A stretch of DNA of 64,000 nt from Candidatus Hydrogenedentota bacterium (GTDB lineage: Bacteria > Hydrogenedentota > Hydrogenedentia > Hydrogenedentales > SLHB01). The notes below the pieces were generated by a model. The model did no database searches. It was given only the letters and a program-made list of their open reading frames with translations, and was not told where the DNA came from. Positions 60,921 through 64,000 of this stretch are shown here, in pieces (position 1 is the first letter of the stretch; every line of letters starts with the position of its first letter). Location: positions 64,001-128,000 of the forward strand of contig CAXXTH010000014.1 of NCBI GenBank assembly GCA_963668025.2, given 5' to 3'. Position numbers and translations under genes: made by a program.

Positions 60921-62003
60921 CTATCCGCGGCACCGTTTCGGGCGCACGGCGTCCGTTTCAACAATCCAGCGCCGAAGCCCCATGCGGGATAAGTAGGTGG
61001 GGATCACCTGAAATCTGGGGTTTAGCGAAGGCAGCGCTTCAATAAAGGAACGCTTGTTTTCGCCTTGAGCGCCACAGAGAATGGTTAATGAACCGCCTTC
61101 GCCTCCCGCGCCGTTCACTTTCCAGCCAATTGCGCCATGCTCCCGCGCCAGCTCGATAATCGCTTGGGCCTCATTGCCCACCAAGGCGGGATGGAGCCCG
61201 GCTTGGGCTTCCGTATTGGCGATCATGGCCTTGCCAAACGCCTCGAAATCGCCTTCGAGCAATGCGTTCTTGCCCATGCCGCTCGTTTTACGCAACACTT
61301 CTAGCTGCGTCTTGTCGGCATTGGGCTGTTCGAGCTTGCGTATCACTTGCTCATGCACGGCGCTCGATGAATGGGAATTTCCTAAAAACACCAATACCAG
61401 ACGGCGCTCGAGCTCCCACCAGAGGCTATTGGATAGAGTGATCTGTGAAACCGATGCGTGGGGATAATCAAACATGTCAATGTAGCAGATCCCGCCATAT
61501 GCGGAGCAAATCTGGTCTTGTATGCCGCATTGAAGCCCCAGTTTCTCCGTCTCGACGCGCTGGGCCAGCAACGCAATTTCGTGGGGTGTCAACTGGCCGG
61601 GTGTCAGCAAATCTAGGGCCCCCAACAAGGCGATAGTGACAGCGGCGGAAGTGCCTGTCGATGCGCCCGCAGGCGCGACGGAATACAGATTGACTTCAAA
61701 CGACAGGTCATCCGGCAAATCCATTATTTTGATCGCCGCTTCCAGCAAAGGATGGCGGTCAAATCCTTCTGTCTTGGGTGCAAAGATATACCGGTCGCCG
61801 AAATTCTCCGCGTTCACGACAACACTGCGGGTTTCGCCTTGTTTTATTTTGTTGACATAGATCTGCACTTCCGCATACGGATAAACGCCAATATTCAGCA
61901 CTGACCCCCGGCCTGCGAACCATGTATCGGTCCAGCCGCCCAAATCACATATCCGAATGGGAGCCATGGCGTTAATGACAAGGGTGCGATTATCTGGCCA
62001 CAT
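60921..62003 (-). CDS. GHMP kinase, D-glycero-alpha-D-manno-heptose-7-phosphate kinase (HddA)-like
   Basis: APIRICDLGGWTD, PAGASTGTSAA, CGIQDQ..AYGG, KVNGAGG.GG. Confidence 0.82.
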   Translation of the reverse strand: MWPDNRTLVINAMAPIRICDLGGWTDTWFAGRGSVLNIGVYPYAEVQIYVNKIKQGETRSVVVNAENFGDRYIFAPKTEGFDRHPLLEAAIKIMDLPDDLSFEVNLYSVAPAGASTGTSAAVTIALLGALDLLTPGQLTPHEIALLAQRVETEKLGLQCGIQDQICSAYGGICYIDMFDYPHASVSQITLSNSLWWELERRLVLVFLGNSHSSSAVHEQVIRKLEQPNADKTQLEVLRKTSGMGKNALLEGDFEAFGKAMIANTEAQAGLHPALVGNEAQAIIELAREHGAIGWKVNGAGGEGGSLTILCGAQGENKRSFIEALPSLNPRFQVIPTYLSRMGLRRWIVETDAVRPKRCRG

Positions 62004-62035
62004 ACCGCGCCTCCTTCACCGGCGTTTGGAGAGAT

Positions 62036-63262
62036 TTATTTTGGAATAAAGAACCGTTCGCCATCCGCCTCGATGGCCACGCCATATATGCTGATGGCGA
62101 TAATGCGGGCGTTCGATTCAAAAAGGGGATCTCCCACATTAAATTTGCGGTAATTGATCAGTGCGAACGCGCGGGGCGTGTGTCGGCCCGCGCTGCCTAC
62201 CGAGCGGATTCTCATTTCGGGCAGCCCAAGCCGGTTGCGCACCGCCGCGGTTAATACCGGCAACGTGCGAGGATCGACATCCGCGCTCATGCTGGCTTCC
62301 GCATCATTACCCGCTTCACCACCGTTTCGATATGGTGCGGGCTGTGGTGCGTACGCCTCATTGCTCTTTACCGCTGCTGGCGCGGGCTTAGGCGCTACTG
62401 GCTGCGTGATGGGCTGCTCCTCTTCCGGGGATTCCTCCGGTTCGGGCTGAACCTGCACAGGTGCTGCCGGAGGCGCAACTACGGGGTTTGGCTGTGCTTG
62501 CGCCACTTGAATTGGCTGCGCTTGCACCACCGGTTCGGGCTGAACCTGCACAGGCTGTGCTTTAACCTCATCGGCAGGAGGCATTACGGGCGTGGATTGC
62601 TTTTGTGCTCCTTGAAGCAACTGCGCTTGTACGGTTACCGGAGGTACTGCTGGTTCTGGCTGGGCCTGTACCACTTCGGCGGGCGGCGTCAAAGGCGTGG
62701 GCTGCACTTGCGCCACCTGGACCGGCAGGGCCTGCACGGCTGCTGGCGGCGCGGCTAGCTCGGGCTGATGCACGACGGACGCCGTTGGGGGCGTCACAGG
62801 TGCAAGCTGCGCTTGGACTGGCGTGGGCGGGGGCGGTGCTGGTTCCACCGGCGGAGCCACGGGGGGCGCAGGCTGCACCGGCACTACCTCGGCTGGCGGC
62901 GGTGTTGTTTGCACTTGCGCCGTCGGCGCGGATTGAACTATTGGGGTGGGCGGAGGCGTAACGGGTTTGGAAACGGCTTCCGTATTCGCAGAGATTGCAG
63001 CCGTCTGCGCGGCTGGCGTGGTGGCCACATGCGCGACAACAAGCGCCACGGCAACCGCCACCACAATCACGACGCCCACCAAAACGGCGATGCCCGCAAT
63101 CACTTTCCCAGGAGATAAATCCAACACCATCCCCCCGCGATGTACGGGACGGCCAATCAAATCTTGGTGGGCGGCGTGGCTCTCAACCGGTTCTGGCGTG
63201 GCGCGGTTCGCCCGCGCCTTTTCCTCTTCACGCTTTTGCAGGGCGTCGAGAATCGAGCTCAT
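62036..63262 (-). CDS. GspB/ExeB-like membrane-anchored Pro-rich protein
   Basis: MSSILDALQK N-terminus, single TM, long Pro/Val/Gln linker, C-terminal FALIN...VGD..IIAI...V domain; overlaps the upstream gene stop. Confidence 0.75.
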   Translation of the reverse strand: MSSILDALQKREEEKARANRATPEPVESHAAHQDLIGRPVHRGGMVLDLSPGKVIAGIAVLVGVVIVVAVAVALVVAHVATTPAAQTAAISANTEAVSKPVTPPPTPIVQSAPTAQVQTTPPPAEVVPVQPAPPVAPPVEPAPPPPTPVQAQLAPVTPPTASVVHQPELAAPPAAVQALPVQVAQVQPTPLTPPAEVVQAQPEPAVPPVTVQAQLLQGAQKQSTPVMPPADEVKAQPVQVQPEPVVQAQPIQVAQAQPNPVVAPPAAPVQVQPEPEESPEEEQPITQPVAPKPAPAAVKSNEAYAPQPAPYRNGGEAGNDAEASMSADVDPRTLPVLTAAVRNRLGLPEMRIRSVGSAGRHTPRAFALINYRKFNVGDPLFESNARIIAISIYGVAIEADGERFFIPK

Positions 63263-64000
63263 CCCGCATCCTCCCCGGTAGCAGGCGAACTCGAAGCGCC
63301 AGATGCCGGTGCGGCGTCTGGAGAAACCACGCTCTCAGCGGGCGGTGTTTCTGCCTTAGGTGCAGGCGAAGTTTCAATTGCAGGCGTTTCCACCACTGGT
63401 GGGGTGGAAGGCTCGATTGCAGGCGGTGTCTCCGCAGTAGGTGCAGGCGGGGCTTCCGTTGCTGGCGGTGTCTCCGCTGTTGATGCGCCAGCTTGCGCGG
63501 CCTCTGGCGTATCGGGATTTACCGGAGTAGAGCTAGGTTCTGTAGTGCTTTCGGGCGCAGGCTCCTGCGCTTTCGATTCTTCCGGCTGGACGGCGTCCGC
63601 CGGCTTGGATGCTGCCGTGGCTGAAGCATCACTGGGTGCAGGCGCTTGTGTTTCCGGCGCGGATGCTTCCGGCAGCGGCAATGCAGACGCCTTTTCCACA
63701 TCGACGGCCGCGGCAGCAGGAGCCTCTGAAGAAACCGTTTCTGAACCGCTCCCTTCCACAGGAGCAATCGGACTGGCGGCGGCAGGCGTCTCCGCTGGCG
63801 CAGGCGATGCCGGAACGGGCTCTTGAACGGGCGTTGGCGCTTCGATTACGGGCGTTTGCGGCTTGGGAAAAAGACTTGGCGTGTGCGATTGAGCCGCCCA
63901 ACCGGCCAGCACCATGCGCGTCTGTTTTCCGACAATGCCATCCTGCATAAGCCCTGTTTCTGCTTGGAGCGTCTTTACAGCCGCTATGGTGGCGGCATCA
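63259..64000 (-). CDS. GspA/ExeA-like protein, C-terminal part (peptidoglycan-binding domain plus Pro/Ala/Glu tail); partial
   Basis: Frame open to the window edge: DAATIAAVKTLQAETGLMQDGIVGKQT (PG_binding_1 signature); directly upstream of the gspB-like gene. Confidence 0.7.
   Translation of the reverse strand, partial: DAATIAAVKTLQAETGLMQDGIVGKQTRMVLAGWAAQSHTPSLFPKPQTPVIEAPTPVQEPVPASPAPAETPAAASPIAPVEGSGSETVSSEAPAAAAVDVEKASALPLPEASAPETQAPAPSDASATAASKPADAVQPEESKAQEPAPESTTEPSSTPVNPDTPEAAQAGASTAETPPATEAPPAPTAETPPAIEPSTPPVVETPAIETSPAPKAETPPAESVVSPDAAPASGASSSPATGEDAG

Overview
Bacterial chromosomal window of moderately high GC. The C-terminal sorting motifs and gene style suggest Candidatus Hydrogenedentes or a similar uncultured lineage, but this is inference only. 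Core-type content: 3' end of msrA; a hybrid sensor kinase plus response regulator; a complete Thermus-order V/A-type ATPase operon (G-I-K-E-C-F-A-B-D) ending in a PTS EIIA gene; lexA; a lone flagellin-like gene; hldE; a carbohydrate-hydrolase cluster; a TRAP transporter with a USP gene; tRNA-Pro(CGG); surface-glycan genes (Wzx, initiating transferase, a methyltransferase/coiled-coil/GT4 fusion, two epimerases, HddA-like kinase); and GspA/GspB-like genes at the right edge. Mobile and accessory content, read from terminal repeats and target duplications: an IS5/IS1182-like element just upstream of lexA; an IS630 abutting an internally deleted, ORF-less group II intron; a type II R-M system whose controller HTH is fused to the endonuclease; two ISKra4-family elements, one splitting the signal peptide of a secreted protein; and a transposase remnant. 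A large surface protein has lost its membrane anchor through a 1-nt frameshift. No CRISPR array or rRNA was seen. The best candidates for undescribed biology are the IS630/mini group II intron junction, the set of non-canonical C-terminal sorting signals, the C-REase fusion, and a 64-aa leader-bearing peptide. All family assignments come from motif recognition by eye; no database was searched.
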